A stretch of DNA of 64,000 nucleotides, taken from Candidatus Omnitrophota bacterium. Its GTDB lineage: Bacteria; Omnitrophota; Gorgyraeia; Duberdicusellales; Duberdicusellaceae. Where the stretch lies: positions 10,418 through 74,417 of the forward strand of contig JAGGWS010000038.1 of assembly GCA_021163425.1 (NCBI GenBank), written 5' to 3'. The translations under genes were made by a program, and so were the position numbers. Positions 31,093 to 41,420 of the stretch are shown one piece after another; the first letter of the stretch is position 1, and each line of letters begins with the position of its first letter. Under the pieces are notes generated by a model. It saw only the letters and a program-made list of their open reading frames with translations. It did not search any database and was not told the DNA's origin.

Positions 31093-31388
31093 TTTATCTT
31101 AAAAGTAAAATCCTCAATAATAGGGTTAGCCAATAACTTCTTACACATCTCTTCTATCCTTTGAGAAGCTTTTTCTCTATCTTCTAAATCAAGTCTAAGC
31201 TGGATGAATTTTCCCACTCTTACCTCTTTTACCTCAGAATAACCTAAACTTTCTAAAGAGCGCTTAACCGCCAATCCCTGAGGGTCAGAAACAGTTTTTT
31301 TAAGACTTACATAAACCTCAACTTCTAACATCTTAACTCCTTTTTCATTCCCACTCAATAGTACTGGGTGGTTTAGAAGAAATATCAT
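31089..31388 (-). CDS. purS: FGAM synthase PurS subunit
   Basis: About 80-100 aa ferredoxin-like protein immediately upstream of purQ. Confidence 0.65.
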   Translation of the reverse strand: MIFLLNHPVLLSGNEKGVKMLEVEVYVSLKKTVSDPQGLAVKRSLESLGYSEVKEVRVGKFIQLRLDLEDREKASQRIEEMCKKLLANPIIEDFTFKIK

Positions 31389-32889
31389 AAACTACCCTGT
31401 TTACCCCTTTTACCTCATTTATAATCCGATTGGAGATCTTTTCTAATAATTCATAAGGAAGGTGAGCCCAGGAAGCAGTCATTGCATCCTGACTTTCTAC
31501 AGCTCTTATAGCTATAACATTCTCATAAGTTCTCTCATCACCCATAACCCCCACACTCTTAACTGGCAAAAATACACAGAAACTCTGCCAGAGTTTTTCG
31601 TAAAACTTTGCCTTCTTAATCTCTTCAATAAGAATAGCGTCGGCTTCTCTTAAAATATCTAACTTTTCTTTATCCACCTCTCCAATTACTCTAACTGCTA
31701 ACCCTGGACCAGGAAAAGGATGACGGAAAACTACTTCCTCTGGCAACCCCAGCTCTCTTCCCAAAGCCCTTACCTCATCTTTAAATAAAAATTTAAAAGG
31801 TTCTATAAGTTTAAATCCCAATTTTTCGGGAAGCCCTCCTACATTATGGTGGGTCTTTATGGTAGATGAGGGTCCTCCCCAAGCAGATTTAGATTCAATC
31901 ACATCCGGATACAAAGTTCCCTGAGCTAAAAACTTAATTTTACCCAGCTTCTTTGCCTCTTTCTCAAAAACCTTTATAAAAAGATTACCTATTATCTTCC
32001 TCTTTTTTTCAGGGTCAATCACTCCTTTTAAATTCTTCAGGAATAAATCTTCTGCTCTTACTACTTTTAAATTCATCCGGTAATAATTCTTAAACCTCCT
32101 TACCACAGTTTCTCTTTCTCCCTTTCTCAACAAACCATTATCAATAAATATACAGATAAGTTGTTTCCTGATTGCCTTATGAAGTAAGACCGCCAAAACT
32201 GAGGAATCTACTCCTCCGCTTAAAGCGCACAAGACTCTTTCTTTACCAACAGCTCCCCGAATCTCTTTAATTTTAGTCTTTATAAAAGAACTCATCGTCC
32301 AGCTCTTTTTACAACCAGAAATACCCACAACAAAGTTTTCTAAAATCTTTTCACCTTTAGGAGTGTGGACAACTTCAGGATGGAACTGAACTCCGTAAAG
32401 TTTTTTCTTCCTGTTTTCAATCCCGGCATAAAGAGAATTATCTGTTGAGCTAATTACTGAGAAACCTTCAGGTAGCTTAGTAATTTTATCAGCATGACTC
32501 ATCCAGACCACTTCCTGAGAATTTAAGCCCTTAAAAAGGGTTCTTTTTGATTTTACCCTCAAGATAGCTTTACCGTACTCATGGGCTTTTGCTCTTTCAA
32601 CCTCTCCTCCCAAAAGTTTAGCCATAAGTTGAGCTCCATAACATATTCCTAAAACTGGTATACCCAGATTAAAAATATCCCTATCACAAACAGGAGCTGT
32701 TCTTAAAGTTAAACTGGCTGGGCCTCCGGAAAGAATTATAGCTTTAGGATTCCTTTCCCTAAGTTCAGAAGGGGTGATACGGAAATCTACAATCTCCGAA
32801 TACACCCCCAACTCCCTTATCCGGCGAGCAATAAGGTGAGTATATTGAGAACCTAAATCTAAGATAGCCACCCAATCTCTATGCCACAT
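31345..32889 (-). CDS. guaA: GMP synthase (glutamine-hydrolysing)
   Basis: N-terminal glutamine amidotransferase (GICYGAQ), ATP-PPase SGGVDSS motif and a C-terminal dimerisation domain. Confidence 0.9.
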   Translation of the reverse strand: MWHRDWVAILDLGSQYTHLIARRIRELGVYSEIVDFRITPSELRERNPKAIILSGGPASLTLRTAPVCDRDIFNLGIPVLGICYGAQLMAKLLGGEVERAKAHEYGKAILRVKSKRTLFKGLNSQEVVWMSHADKITKLPEGFSVISSTDNSLYAGIENRKKKLYGVQFHPEVVHTPKGEKILENFVVGISGCKKSWTMSSFIKTKIKEIRGAVGKERVLCALSGGVDSSVLAVLLHKAIRKQLICIFIDNGLLRKGERETVVRRFKNYYRMNLKVVRAEDLFLKNLKGVIDPEKKRKIIGNLFIKVFEKEAKKLGKIKFLAQGTLYPDVIESKSAWGGPSSTIKTHHNVGGLPEKLGFKLIEPFKFLFKDEVRALGRELGLPEEVVFRHPFPGPGLAVRVIGEVDKEKLDILREADAILIEEIKKAKFYEKLWQSFCVFLPVKSVGVMGDERTYENVIAIRAVESQDAMTASWAHLPYELLEKISNRIINEVKGVNRVVYDISSKPPSTIEWE

Positions 32890-34036
32890 TCTTGTTTGAA
32901 ACTGAAATGTTACTTACTTGTTCAGCCAAAATAACTGCTTCAGAAACCTCTTTCATACTCTTTCTCAAATCCATACTCTTCTTCTGAAGAATGCGGTAAG
33001 CTTCTTCCTCTCCTACCTTTAGCTTCCTTATCAAGATTCCTTTTGCCCGTTCTATAAGTTTTCTGACTTCTAAAGCCTCTTTAGAAGCAAGAAGTTCTGC
33101 AGATAAATTGGTATTCTCAATAGCCACTGCTGATTGATTAGCCACAGCTAAAAGAGTAGCTATCTCCTCAGAAGTAAAGATGTGGGGGGAGTCAGTATAT
33201 AAATTAATTACCCCAATAGCCCTATCTTTTATCATCATTGGCACAGAAAGCATAGAGATTATCCCTTCCCTTCTGGCAATTTCCGGATACATATAACCAG
33301 GTTCTTTAGTTACATCTAAAACAGTAATTGGCCTCTTCTCTTTAACCACCTTCCCGCTTATAGATTGACCAACTTTTAAATTGGGCTTATTCCGATATAA
33401 AGGGCTTAAACTCTGAGTAGCTACTATGAATAACTCCTCTTTCTCTTCATCTAAAAGCATTACCGAACATATCTTAGAATTTAAAACCTGGCTGGTCAAC
33501 ACTACTATTAAATCTAAGATTTCTTTAAGATAGCGGTTAGAAACAACTGTAGAGCTTACTTCCGAAAGAAGGCTGAGTCTTTCTTCTTTCTTTCTTAAAC
33601 TATCTTCAGCTTGCTTATTCTTTATCCCCAGAGCTAAAAATTTAACCCCTGCTTCTAATATCTTCCTCTTTTTAAGAGACAATTTCTTAGTCTCTTTCTC
33701 CACAACAACTAACTTCCCTATTTCCTTACCATATAATTTAATTGACAAAGAAGAAAGAGAAAAGAGAGTATTCTTAACTTTCACTCTCTTAATTTTAAAA
33801 ATCTCTTTAGACTCAGCCTTCTCTTCAAGCCAGGAAAACTCAGAAGGAAAACTTTCAGGATAAATCAGCTTAAGCTGAAAAGACTCAGAAGAAAGATAAA
33901 CAAGAAAAAGAAAGTCTCTCGATAGCTCAGAAAAAATCTTAAAAGATTTTTTAAAAATAGCTTCTTTGTCCTTAACTGAAGATAAAGCACTGGCTAATCT
34001 TACTAACAGCTCCTCCTTCATAAGCTTATTTATCAT
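32879..34036 (-). CDS. GAF-ANTAR RNA-binding antiterminator-type regulator
   Basis: Central GAF domain and a C-terminal ANTAR helix bundle ([34 protein letters not shown]). First gene of the long amidotransferase operon. Confidence 0.65.
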   Translation of the reverse strand: MINKLMKEELLVRLASALSSVKDKEAIFKKSFKIFSELSRDFLFLVYLSSESFQLKLIYPESFPSEFSWLEEKAESKEIFKIKRVKVKNTLFSLSSLSIKLYGKEIGKLVVVEKETKKLSLKKRKILEAGVKFLALGIKNKQAEDSLRKKEERLSLLSEVSSTVVSNRYLKEILDLIVVLTSQVLNSKICSVMLLDEEKEELFIVATQSLSPLYRNKPNLKVGQSISGKVVKEKRPITVLDVTKEPGYMYPEIARREGIISMLSVPMMIKDRAIGVINLYTDSPHIFTSEEIATLLAVANQSAVAIENTNLSAELLASKEALEVRKLIERAKGILIRKLKVGEEEAYRILQKKSMDLRKSMKEVSEAVILAEQVSNISVSNKNVA

Positions 34037-34124
34037 ACCATATTTTTCAAAAAATTAAATTTTTTTATTGTTAAATTATATCTTTTTCTGTTAAAATAAT
34101 TTAAAGCAGAAAGGAGGAGGAATA

Positions 34125-34439
34125 ATGGTTAAAAAAACAGAGATACAGCAAGTTTTAAAGAAACTCTGGCAAACTTCTCAGAAAGACTTTGAAAAACTAA
34201 CTAAAGAAACTTCCCAGCTCCTGAAAAAAGGTGAAAAAGCTCTAAAAGAAGCATCATTAAAAAGTAAAGAAAAATTAGAATTAGTGAGCTTAGCCCTAAA
34301 AAGAGAAAAACTCTATTATCAACTGGGAAAAACTCTCTCCACGCTTTCTAAAAGCAACTGGGTAAAAAGCAAAAAAGTAGAATCTCTAATTAAAGAAATA
34401 ACTAATCTTACCAAACAAATAAAAAGACTCAAAAAATAA
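34125..34439 (+). CDS. small lysine-rich coiled-coil protein, hypothetical
   Basis: Strong RBS (GGAGGAGGAATAATG). 104 aa with predicted all-helical heptad pattern. One of only four plus-strand genes; divergent from the GAF-ANTAR gene. Confidence 0.5.
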   Translation: MVKKTEIQQVLKKLWQTSQKDFEKLTKETSQLLKKGEKALKEASLKSKEKLELVSLALKREKLYYQLGKTLSTLSKSNWVKSKKVESLIKEITNLTKQIKRLKK

Positions 34440-34440
34440 C

Positions 34441-35856
34441 CTAAATCTTCAGAGAAAAATATAAGGCTTTATCTTCCAAGGTTTTAAAAGTAGCGTAACT
34501 TATTTTTCTTAGAGTGGATAAATTTTCTAAAGCTCTTTCTTCTGATAAAAACTTACTCTCTACTTTCTCTCTAAAAGGTGGAACAATTAAATAGAGGCTC
34601 TTTTCATCTTTAAAAGCAGATTGATAAGAATGGTGATTCCAATCACTCCCTAAAAATAAAGAAAAAACCTTATCAGGAAATTCCTGGGAAAAGTAATTTT
34701 TTAACTTTTCTGTAAGTCCTTTTGAAGGCCAAAAATAGAGTATACAATCTACAAATTCTAATTCTTTAAAAGGAGGATTATTTATTCTATCTTTAAGGTC
34801 ATCTAAACTTAATAATGGAGGCTGAGGAAAATCTTCTCTTAAATTCTTCAATTCTTTCTTATAAACTTCTACATAAGGCTGACTTACAAAATTTATCTTC
34901 TTATAGTAAGAAAGGAATGCAATAAATAGTTGAAGATAATACATTAAACCTGCTAAATACTCAAATTTTCCTTCTATATTAAGCCCAGTATCTAAAGAAA
35001 TAAAATCTTTAAGGAAGACTTTAGAACTTTCCACAATTGTCTTAATCCAAAAACTATCTTTTGAACCTAAACTCTCCTGAAAAAGCTGTCTTATCCAGTT
35101 AGAAAGTCCTGAAGAATTGCTCCTGTTAATTCCTAAAAAAATCTTAAGTTCATCTTTAAGCTCTACTTTTTCTACTTCCTCCCAGGCTTTATCTATAAGG
35201 TAATTTCGGTAAGCTGTATAATTAGTCCAGAAATTTTTAAGCTTCTCTAAGTCTTTTCCAAAAATAAGGAACAAAGGAATAAGAAATATTAAAGTATGGG
35301 GGCAACTGAACCTTCCTCCAATATCTTCCCCAGAATTTACTTGAATAGAAAGACGTCTTATTCTCTGCCAGGTTAGCTTGTCTAATATTTCAAAAGAAGA
35401 AGGGTCAGAAAGCCACAAAAAATTATCCTCATTATTAAAAAAATCTCTTAAAGTTCTGGAAATAAGCTGAGTCTCTAAAGTAGTAGCGGATTTACTTATA
35501 GAAATAACCAGAGCTTTAGAAGGATTTTTAATTTGAGAAAGGACTTCTTCTATTGCCTGAGGGTCTAAGCTATCTAAGGTATAGAATTTTTTTCTTTCTT
35601 CTAAACTAATCAAAGCCTTAATCCCATTTATTGAACCACCCATCCCTACAAAAATAAATTCTTCTTTATCCTTTGCTACTTCTAAAAATTTAGAAAGAGC
35701 TTTCTCAATTAAAGAGAAATCTGGAGGGATAAACCAGCCTAAACGGGGTTTATCCTGGTCAAACCCAATCTCTCCAAAAATATTCTCTGAACTTAAAGAA
35801 GATTTCTCTGAAAACGCTGCTTCTTTTAAAAAACCTAAAATTTCTTCCTTATTCAT
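34441..35856 (-). CDS. pgi: divergent glucose-6-phosphate isomerase-like protein
   Basis: SIS-fold motifs [12 protein letters not shown] and DIGGRFS (phosphoglucose isomerase signature 1). Otherwise diverged. Confidence 0.5.
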   Translation of the reverse strand: MNKEEILGFLKEAAFSEKSSLSSENIFGEIGFDQDKPRLGWFIPPDFSLIEKALSKFLEVAKDKEEFIFVGMGGSINGIKALISLEERKKFYTLDSLDPQAIEEVLSQIKNPSKALVISISKSATTLETQLISRTLRDFFNNEDNFLWLSDPSSFEILDKLTWQRIRRLSIQVNSGEDIGGRFSCPHTLIFLIPLFLIFGKDLEKLKNFWTNYTAYRNYLIDKAWEEVEKVELKDELKIFLGINRSNSSGLSNWIRQLFQESLGSKDSFWIKTIVESSKVFLKDFISLDTGLNIEGKFEYLAGLMYYLQLFIAFLSYYKKINFVSQPYVEVYKKELKNLREDFPQPPLLSLDDLKDRINNPPFKELEFVDCILYFWPSKGLTEKLKNYFSQEFPDKVFSLFLGSDWNHHSYQSAFKDEKSLYLIVPPFREKVESKFLSEERALENLSTLRKISYATFKTLEDKALYFSLKI

Positions 35857-36626
35857 TTTAACTTTTTAATGATTTCTGAAGCTGCCTTTTTTCCCGAAAG
35901 AAGCATCCCTCCAAATATAGGCCCCATCCGGGGAGAACCAAATACAGCATTAGCTGCCATTCCACAAACATATAAACCCGGACAAACCTCTTTAGTATTT
36001 TTAAGAATAGTAGTCTCAGCAACTTCAGCCCACATAGATTTTTCTCCTAAAATTTTTCCTGTAGAAGTCTTAAGTTTAATATCTGCCTTTTTCTCTGCCA
36101 CTCTTACTACTTCTGCAGCATGGCCTGTAGCATCCACTACATACTTTGCTCTTAAAGTTAAAGGGTCTACATCTAAATTAGCCAATTCCACTGCAGTCCA
36201 GTTTAAAACCAGACCACAAACCCTATTTTTCCTTATTAAAACATCTTCAGCCGATATTAAATTGAAAATCTTAACTCCTGCTTGCATACATCTATAACCC
36301 AAACCACAAACAGCCTCTATTGCCTCAGCCAAGTAATAGTCCTCTTTATAAGGGTGAGTGGCTATTCTCAACTCATCTAATATAAGTCTGGCTTTCTTTT
36401 GAACTACAATCTCGTTAAACATCATACCCCCACCCCACATACCTCCTCCTATAGAAAGCTTCCTCTCCAGTAAAACAATACTCCTTTTAGCTTTAGCTAA
36501 ATAGTAAGCACAGCTAAGCCCTGAAGGCCCTCCTCCCACTATAGCTACATCTACATCCAGAACTTTTAGAAGTTTTTTCTTATAAGAATTAATAATTGCT
36601 TGAGAGATTTTTATCTCATCTAACAT
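35853..36626 (-). CDS. thi4: thiazole synthase Thi4 family (sulfide-dependent ADP-thiazole synthase type)
   Basis: FAD Rossmann motif [21 protein letters not shown]. Thi4 length and motifs (GMMFN, cysteine-free active site). Confidence 0.75.
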   Translation of the reverse strand: MLDEIKISQAIINSYKKKLLKVLDVDVAIVGGGPSGLSCAYYLAKAKRSIVLLERKLSIGGGMWGGGMMFNEIVVQKKARLILDELRIATHPYKEDYYLAEAIEAVCGLGYRCMQAGVKIFNLISAEDVLIRKNRVCGLVLNWTAVELANLDVDPLTLRAKYVVDATGHAAEVVRVAEKKADIKLKTSTGKILGEKSMWAEVAETTILKNTKEVCPGLYVCGMAANAVFGSPRMGPIFGGMLLSGKKAASEIIKKLK

Positions 36627-36642
36627 CCTAACCCCCCTTTAT

Positions 36643-38046
36643 TTACTTATACCAAGGTAAAAGATAAAATACCACAAAACTTAAAAAAAGTAAAAGAATT
36701 GTCGAAGAAAAACCAAAAATCAACCACCTTCTTAATCCTATCTTAGTAGCCTTTTCTTTTTCCAGAATCCCCAAAGCCACGATGTTGGCAGTTGAACCAA
36801 TGTGAGTAAAATTTCCTCCCAAACAGGCTCCATACAAAAGAGCCCACCAACAAACTCCCGAAAACTCCGGATGAAAAACTAAAACTTCCTTTATTATTGG
36901 GATAAAGGCAGCCACTACCACTACATTATCTACTAACCCTGAAAATAAAGAAGCAAAGAGAATAACTGCTATTATAAAAATCATTCTGTTGCCGGCTATA
37001 ATATTGTAGAAACAGGAAGCAAAAGCTTTAGCTACGCCGGTATGCTGAAGAACCCCTGCTTGAGCAAAAAGAAATAGAAAGAAAAGAATAGTCCACCATT
37101 CCACATCTCTCTCTATATAGAGACGGGCTTTCTTCCTCCTCCAGATAATTAAAATTCCTGAAATTACTAAAGGAGAGATTAAGAGAATGGTATTTTCTTT
37201 AAGGCCTAATAATAATTCTATCCGGTAATGAAAAGCAATTATCAAGATTGTAGATATAAAAAAGAGCATACTTACTTTTAAATTAAAATCAGCAGGAATT
37301 ATAACTAATTGGGAGAACATTTCTGAAGGCCCAAATTTTTTAATTTGTCTGTCTAAAAGTTTAAGGTGCTTTCTAAATAGGAATAAAGATACAAAGTAAA
37401 ATAAAAATAATAAGACTATCATTAAGATAAAAGAATGTTTCAAAAAATCCTCAAAATGAAGACCAACTTTTGTAGCTATAAGGATACCTACAGGATTGCC
37501 CAATACTGTACCTGTAGAACCAATATTTGTAGCTAAAACAGCTATTAAAACATAAGGCCAGGGTTCTACTTCAAAGTAGTCAGCTATACTAAAGATAAAG
37601 ACTATTATAAAGATTATTGAAGAAACCTCACCCATAAGACAGGAAGATATAGCTGAAAGAAAAATTATTATAAAAAGAAGTTTCTTAGCTGTGAAGGCTT
37701 TAATTTTCAACAATTTAGAAAGAGACCAGTCAAAAAAACCCATCTCTTTCAAATTTCCCAAGAGAATCATCATCCCGATAAGAAAAAGGATAATCTCTAA
37801 AGAAGAAAAAAATAGAAACTTTTCTAAATCCACTATCTTAAAAATGATAAGTAAAGCTGAGCCTAAGAGAGCAAAACTCAGTCGAAACTCCCAAAAAAGC
37901 AAAGCCCCCATTACTGAAAGGATAAACACTACTAAAGAAAAACCTTGAGAGAAAGAAAAATTAAATAAGGAATAACTCCCGTAACCAGTTAATAGGGCAA
38001 ACCCTAAAAGAAAAAGATATTTTAAGAAAAGTTCTTTTCTATGCAT
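36643..38046 (-). CDS. ArsB/NhaD-superfamily ion permease
   Basis: 12 or more transmembrane helices with a duplicated NIGSTGTVLGNPVGILIA / HIGSTANIVALGI motif, characteristic of the ArsB/NhaD/CitMHS ion transporter superfamily. Confidence 0.6.
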   Translation of the reverse strand: MHRKELFLKYLFLLGFALLTGYGSYSLFNFSFSQGFSLVVFILSVMGALLFWEFRLSFALLGSALLIIFKIVDLEKFLFFSSLEIILFLIGMMILLGNLKEMGFFDWSLSKLLKIKAFTAKKLLFIIIFLSAISSCLMGEVSSIIFIIVFIFSIADYFEVEPWPYVLIAVLATNIGSTGTVLGNPVGILIATKVGLHFEDFLKHSFILMIVLLFLFYFVSLFLFRKHLKLLDRQIKKFGPSEMFSQLVIIPADFNLKVSMLFFISTILIIAFHYRIELLLGLKENTILLISPLVISGILIIWRRKKARLYIERDVEWWTILFFLFLFAQAGVLQHTGVAKAFASCFYNIIAGNRMIFIIAVILFASLFSGLVDNVVVVAAFIPIIKEVLVFHPEFSGVCWWALLYGACLGGNFTHIGSTANIVALGILEKEKATKIGLRRWLIFGFSSTILLLFLSFVVFYLLPWYK

Positions 38047-38782
38047 CTTTATTTAATAGTTTCTTAAACTTTAAAGCAGACTCTTTCATATAAATATTAT
38101 TAAAAAGAATGTAAGAAGGCCTATCTAAAATAGCTTTTAACTCTTTTAGTTCTTTCAAAGTGTATTTATAATTATAACTTCCTTTACCGTGAAGCCGAAA
38201 ATAATAAAACTCACAGTCTAAGGGCTTCTTCTTGAAAGGGTCAATCCCGATAATTAAATGTAAGTCTTTATAAATCTTCTTTAAGGTCAGGTAAGAAAAA
38301 TTTGCTCTCTCCTCCCAAACAAATTTTAAATTATCTCTTTCTATCTTAGTAAAAAATTTGTAAAGATTATCGATATTCTCCTTATTCTCCTTAAAACTGG
38401 GGGGAGTTTGAAAAACTACTACTTTTACTTTTAAAATTTTGGCTATCTTAAAAATTCTCTCCCAAGCAGAAAATACTTCCTTACTACCTTTAAAAAATCC
38501 ATAATTTTCTCTTCTGCCGATATTTTCTTTAAGTCTTCGGTAAGTAGGTAAGTTAGCAGGGTGAGTGATTATCTGCCAAGCTTTGAGAGTAAATTCAAAA
38601 TGCTGGGGAGCAAGTCTTCTTAATTTCTCTGCTGAAGAAAATTTCTGAGGAGGCTGATAGAAGGTATTTTGAAGCTCTACTAAGTTGAATTTTTCAAAAT
38701 ACTTCTCTCTCATTAAACAAAACCCACAACAGCCAACTTTTATATTTTTTCTCATATTTTTTAGAATTATACCACATAACAT
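38039..38782 (-). CDS. DUF72 (UPF0759) family protein
   Basis: Conserved DUF72 pattern (...VELQNTFYQPP...FEFTLKAWQ..TH...). Confidence 0.6.
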   Translation of the reverse strand: MLCGIILKNMRKNIKVGCCGFCLMREKYFEKFNLVELQNTFYQPPQKFSSAEKLRRLAPQHFEFTLKAWQIITHPANLPTYRRLKENIGRRENYGFFKGSKEVFSAWERIFKIAKILKVKVVVFQTPPSFKENKENIDNLYKFFTKIERDNLKFVWEERANFSYLTLKKIYKDLHLIIGIDPFKKKPLDCEFYYFRLHGKGSYNYKYTLKELKELKAILDRPSYILFNNIYMKESALKFKKLLNKDA

Positions 38783-38970
38783 GATAAAATATTAGAAAAA
38801 AATGGAATAAAACCTTAATAAAAAGCGTCTAATAGTATGGTGGAAAGAAAAGATAAAGAGATTTTAAAACTTTATTAAAATAAACCTGCTTTTAACAGAA
38901 TATCCTGAATTAGCAAACCTCTCCTCCCTAGACTTCTTTGAGTGACTATTTTACTCCCCCTTTAAGAGAA

Positions 38971-39642
38971 TTAAAAAGCAGAAATCTGATGAGCTATTCT
39001 TAAAATCTCAGGCATTCTGAATTTGCCTAAGAGAGGTAATAAAACATTTAAACAATCCTTAATAGTTAATAAATTACCAGGAGAAATAAATAAAGGTCTG
39101 GTATTATCTTTTGTTCTTAAGACTATACCTATTTTCTCTTTAGTCTGGGGATGATAGATAAAAGAAAAACTCCCCCTTCTTAAAGGAAGTTGCTTATAAT
39201 AACCATAAAGATTAGTTTTACTTACCCCTAAAGAGGGAATATTTAAAACTAATCCTACCTGAGAAGCTAGACCCACACCCTGAGGATGAGCTATTCCCTG
39301 AGCGTCTAAGATTAGTAAATCAGGTTTATTTTTTAAAGAGTAAAAAAGTTCAATTATTACTGGGCCCTCTCTGAAAGCAAATAATCCCGGAATATAAGGA
39401 AACCTTGTTTTTCTTATTAAAGACTTTTCTTCTAATACTTTTTTACTCTTAAAGTCTATAACTGCTGCTCCTCCTTTAATAAGTCCTTCTTTAAAACTGG
39501 CATCAAAACCAGCAATTTTTTCAATCTTTCTCTCTAAAGGTTCTATCTTCAGCTTTCTTCTTAATTCTTCTTGAATTTTTAAGGCTTCTTCTAAATTTTT
39601 AGGAGAAAAATAGTTTTTGATGAGATAACTACTTCTTTTCAC
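38971..39642 (-). CDS. nfi: endonuclease V
   Basis: IAGFDASF...FPYIPGLFAFREGP...DLLILDAQGIAHPQGVGLASQVGLVLNIPSLGVSKT aligns closely with the E. coli Nfi catalytic core. Confidence 0.85.
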   Translation of the reverse strand: MKRSSYLIKNYFSPKNLEEALKIQEELRRKLKIEPLERKIEKIAGFDASFKEGLIKGGAAVIDFKSKKVLEEKSLIRKTRFPYIPGLFAFREGPVIIELFYSLKNKPDLLILDAQGIAHPQGVGLASQVGLVLNIPSLGVSKTNLYGYYKQLPLRRGSFSFIYHPQTKEKIGIVLRTKDNTRPLFISPGNLLTIKDCLNVLLPLLGKFRMPEILRIAHQISAF

Positions 39643-39647
39643 CTAAA

Positions 39648-39863
39648 TTAGAGAAGAATTAATAGTAAAAACGCTATTATCACTATAATACTTACCCAGA
39701 TTATCCATCTGGGTCTCTCAACTAAAGAATTTCCGCAGTAAAGGCAGGAGAGAGAATTTTGAGGGATAGGTTTTTTACAATGTGGACACTGTTTAAGGTT
39801 ATCAAAATCTAAATCCTCAGGCTGTTCATCTACAGTCTGAAAATCAAAATAATCCTCACTCAT
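39648..39863 (-). CDS. small zinc-ribbon membrane protein
   Basis: CPHCKK...CLYCGN zinc ribbon followed by a C-terminal transmembrane helix. 71 aa. Confidence 0.45.
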   Translation of the reverse strand: MSEDYFDFQTVDEQPEDLDFDNLKQCPHCKKPIPQNSLSCLYCGNSLVERPRWIIWVSIIVIIAFLLLILL

Positions 39864-39865
39864 AG

Positions 39866-40195
39866 CTATTCCGATTTAATTACTCTATCAACCGGAAGAG
39901 TAAAGATAATTCCTGCTCCCGGCTTAGTAAAATCAATGCCTTCCTTTAATAAAAGTTTATTTAACTCTGAAAGAACCCCAGGGTTGTCTATCACTGCTAA
40001 GATAGTCCGATTAGCCTTTCTTTTTTCACCTACCAGTTGTCTTAACCCAGCAAATATAGGAACTTCATAAGCTAAAAAGTGACCTAAACCTTCACTCTCT
40101 AAAATAGTAGCTCTACCAATACCTGCTTCTACTAGCAAAGAAACAACTCTCTCAAAATATTCTTCTTTACTAATGATAATAACTAATAACTCCAT
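39866..40195 (-). CDS. P-II-like (GlnB-fold) small regulatory protein
   Basis: 109 aa with a P-II-like beta-alpha-beta pattern. Immediately upstream of two cation/proton antiporter genes, like SbtB-type P-II partners of transporters. Confidence 0.4.
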   Translation of the reverse strand: MELLVIIISKEEYFERVVSLLVEAGIGRATILESEGLGHFLAYEVPIFAGLRQLVGEKRKANRTILAVIDNPGVLSELNKLLLKEGIDFTKPGAGIIFTLPVDRVIKSE

Positions 40196-40210
40196 CTCTC
40201 CCCCTCCTTA

Positions 40211-41410
40211 TTATAGATTTATTTCTCTACTCTTCAATAGAGAGAAACGGGTAGCTAAAGCTCCCAGAGTCTCAGTAAAAATAGTAGTAAATAAAAGAAT
40301 ATTTATTGCCAGATTAGAAATAAGAACTCCTTCTTTACCTAAAGAAGAAAAGTCTCTTTCAATAACAATGGCTAAGGCTAAAGCCACCCCTATCTGGGGC
40401 CAAAGGCAAAACCCTATATACTTTCTGATATTTAAACCAGCTCCCCCTATTTTTGCTCCTAACCTTGCTCCTAAATACTTACCCAGAATCCGGAAAAAGA
40501 GATACACAAAACCTAAAAAGCCAATCTGAGAAATTAAGTGAATATCCAAACGAGTAGAAGCCAAGCAGAAAAAACTGGCAATTATGGGAAATCCTGCTAT
40601 ATTCAAACTTCCCAGACTTTGTTCAACTTTACGAAAAGAAAGATTTACTCCTACCATAGCCATAACCATAACCACCAGAAGTTCAGAAAGATTAAACTCC
40701 CAGCTTAAACCTTCTCCTATCAAAAGAAACCCTACAATTAAAGAAAAATAATCCTGCCTCTCCTTACATTTATTTAAAAGATAACTTAAAACTATTCCTA
40801 AACCTGCTCCTAAAATTAGAGAGAGAGAAATTTCCTTAAAAGGATAAATAATTGCCTGTTTAAAAGAAATACCCTGATGGGCCATAAAACTATAGGCTAT
40901 AGAAGAAGCAAAAGCATAAATTATCAAAGCTATAGCATCGTCACTACCTACAACTCCTAACAAAGTAGAAGTAAGCTCACCTCTTGCTCTATACTGGTTT
41001 ACCACTGCCACAGTGACTGCAGGAGCAGTAGCTGAAGCTACAGCTCCTAAAATTAAACCTAAATATAACTTATGAGTTAAAAGAGAAACTGATAAAAAAA
41101 CTAAAAAGAATGCTCCTAAAGACTCAAATAAAGCTATTAGAATAATAAGCTTACCCAAGTTTCTTAATCTAGTGAAATTAAATTCTGCTCCTATAAGAAA
41201 AGCAATTACTCCTAAAGCTAAGTCATTTATAAGAGAAGCTCTCTCTACTACCTGAGGAGTTAATATCTTTAAAAAAGATTTGCCCAGAATTATTCCAGCC
41301 AAAACATAACCAATAACTACTGGGAGCTTAAACCGGTTCAAAGACTTCCCGGCCCACAGAGAAATAACTATTGCCGAACCAATTACTAAAAGAATGCTTA
41401 CATCTTCCAT
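40211..41410 (-). CDS. cation/proton antiporter (CPA family)
   Basis: About 12 transmembrane helices in a Na+/H+ exchanger fold. Paralogous to the next gene. Confidence 0.7.
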   Translation of the reverse strand: MEDVSILLVIGSAIVISLWAGKSLNRFKLPVVIGYVLAGIILGKSFLKILTPQVVERASLINDLALGVIAFLIGAEFNFTRLRNLGKLIILIALFESLGAFFLVFLSVSLLTHKLYLGLILGAVASATAPAVTVAVVNQYRARGELTSTLLGVVGSDDAIALIIYAFASSIAYSFMAHQGISFKQAIIYPFKEISLSLILGAGLGIVLSYLLNKCKERQDYFSLIVGFLLIGEGLSWEFNLSELLVVMVMAMVGVNLSFRKVEQSLGSLNIAGFPIIASFFCLASTRLDIHLISQIGFLGFVYLFFRILGKYLGARLGAKIGGAGLNIRKYIGFCLWPQIGVALALAIVIERDFSSLGKEGVLISNLAINILLFTTIFTETLGALATRFSLLKSREINL

Positions 41411-41420
41411 TGTCGGTAAT

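Noticed and set aside
34441-35856. Calling this ORF a bona fide glycolytic Pgi with high confidence
   Set aside because: Only the two SIS/PGI signature stretches are recognisable and the rest is highly diverged. It is kept as PGI-like at 0.5.
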